Below are positions 61,044-61,837 of a DNA stretch of 61,837 bases, piece by piece. Origin of the DNA: Gemmatimonadota bacterium (GTDB taxonomy: Bacteria; Gemmatimonadota; Gemmatimonadetes; Palauibacterales; Palauibacteraceae); the NCBI GenBank assembly GCA_020351855.1, contig CP070670.1, positions 1,592,767-1,654,603 on the forward strand, given 5' to 3'. Position numbers and translations under genes: made by a program. A model generated the notes under the pieces. It saw only the letters and a program-made list of their open reading frames with translations, had not been told where the DNA came from and did no database searches. How positions within the stretch are numbered: position 1 is the stretch's first letter; the number at the start of each line of letters is the position of its first letter.

Positions 61044-61750
61044 GCGGCAAATCGATCCCGGCGCGAGAGCGGCTCATCCTCGCTCTCGACGTCCCGACCA
61101 TTGACGCGGCCAAGACGCTGGTCGAGTCCCTGGGAGACGCGTGCTGCTTCTACAAGGTCGGGCTGGAGCTTCTGATGACGGGCCAGTACTTCGAGCTCGT
61201 GGACTGGCTCGTCCGGCGCGGCAACTCGGTCTTCACGGATCTCAAGCTGTTCGACGTGCCGAACACGGTCGGATCGGCCGTCCGCCAGCTCGTCGGCCGC
61301 GGCATCACGTTCGTGATGGTCCACGGCAACGACGGGATGATCGAGGCGGCCTGCCGAGCCAAGGGGGACCTGAAGATCCTCGCGGTTACCGTGTTGACCA
61401 GTCTGGATGAGGGCGACATCAGGGATCTGGGCTTCCAGACGGACGTCTCAAGCCTGGTCCTGTCCCGGGCACGAAGGGCCCTGGAGATCGGCTGCGACGG
61501 TGTGATCTCCTCCGGCCGCGAGGCAGCGGCGATTCGGGCCGAGCTCGGCGACCGCCTCCTCGTCGTGACCCCAGGCATCCGGCCCGTCGCCAACCTGGCC
61601 GACGACCAGAAGCGGACCGTGAGCGTGGAAGAGGCTTTCCGACTGGGCGCGGACTACATCGTTGTCGGTCGCCCGATCCACGGGGCGCCCGATCCGCGGG
61701 AGGCGGCTGAGCGAATCCAGGCTACGATCCGATCCCTCTTCCCCGACTGA
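61040..61750 (+). CDS. pyrF: Orotidine 5'-phosphate decarboxylase
   Basis: LILALD, YKVGLEL, DLKLFDVPNTV, VTVLTS, TPGIRP, DDQKR, IVVGRPI. Confidence 0.97.
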   Translation: MSGKSIPARERLILALDVPTIDAAKTLVESLGDACCFYKVGLELLMTGQYFELVDWLVRRGNSVFTDLKLFDVPNTVGSAVRQLVGRGITFVMVHGNDGMIEAACRAKGDLKILAVTVLTSLDEGDIRDLGFQTDVSSLVLSRARRALEIGCDGVISSGREAAAIRAELGDRLLVVTPGIRPVANLADDQKRTVSVEEAFRLGADYIVVGRPIHGAPDPREAAERIQATIRSLFPD

Positions 61751-61774
61751 GGATCCGGTTGCGGCCTCACGCTC

Positions 61775-61837
61775 TCACGGATCCGTGCCGGTCGCCTCAT
61801 CTACATCGTCGTCGAAGGTGCCCCAGCGCTCGAACCA
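61775..61837 (-). CDS. Possible C-terminal end of a convergent gene cut by the window edge
   Basis: Open frame WFERWGTFDDDVDEATGTDP-stop; only 20 codons visible. Confidence 0.3.
   Translation of the reverse strand, partial: WFERWGTFDDDVDEATGTDP

Noticed and set aside
1-61837. CRISPR arrays, tRNA, rRNA, IS elements
   Set aside because: No regularly spaced repeats, cloverleaf signatures, rRNA motifs or transposase ORFs recognised by eye; tRNAscan, Infernal and CRISPR finders were not run.

Overview
GC-rich bacterial chromosome segment containing the replication origin. The host is probably Gemmatimonadota, which is an inference from gene content and protein families. The core is dnaN-oriC-dnaA / rpmH-rnpA-yidD-yidC-mnmE ... 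mnmG-parS-parS-parA-parB-M23-bactofilin, and oriC carries a clear DnaA-trio unwinding module. The rest is mostly metabolic and envelope genes: dapF, mutY, MFS, Nudix/MBL hydrolases, a degenerate vapBC pair, M14 peptidase, 2-oxoacid dehydrogenase E1a/E1b/E2, ygfZ, OmpA lipoprotein, outer-membrane barrel, Hcy methyltransferase/MTHFR, a permuted aconitase-family fusion, patatin, M23, a flavoprotein disulfide reductase and a Tat-exported creatinase-like protein. The standout is a 12-kb co-directional run (49693-61750). It opens with an apparent complete bacterial sphingolipid operon (spt, ceramide synthase-like GNAT, ceramide reductase-like SDR, AUR1/IPC-synthase-like PAP2). This is followed by an ECF sigma/anti-sigma/PDZ-only module and an orphan luxE-luxC fatty-acid reductase pair with no luciferase. 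I saw no rRNA, tRNA, CRISPR array, transposase or integrase. All assignments come from motif recognition by eye; no database search was run.
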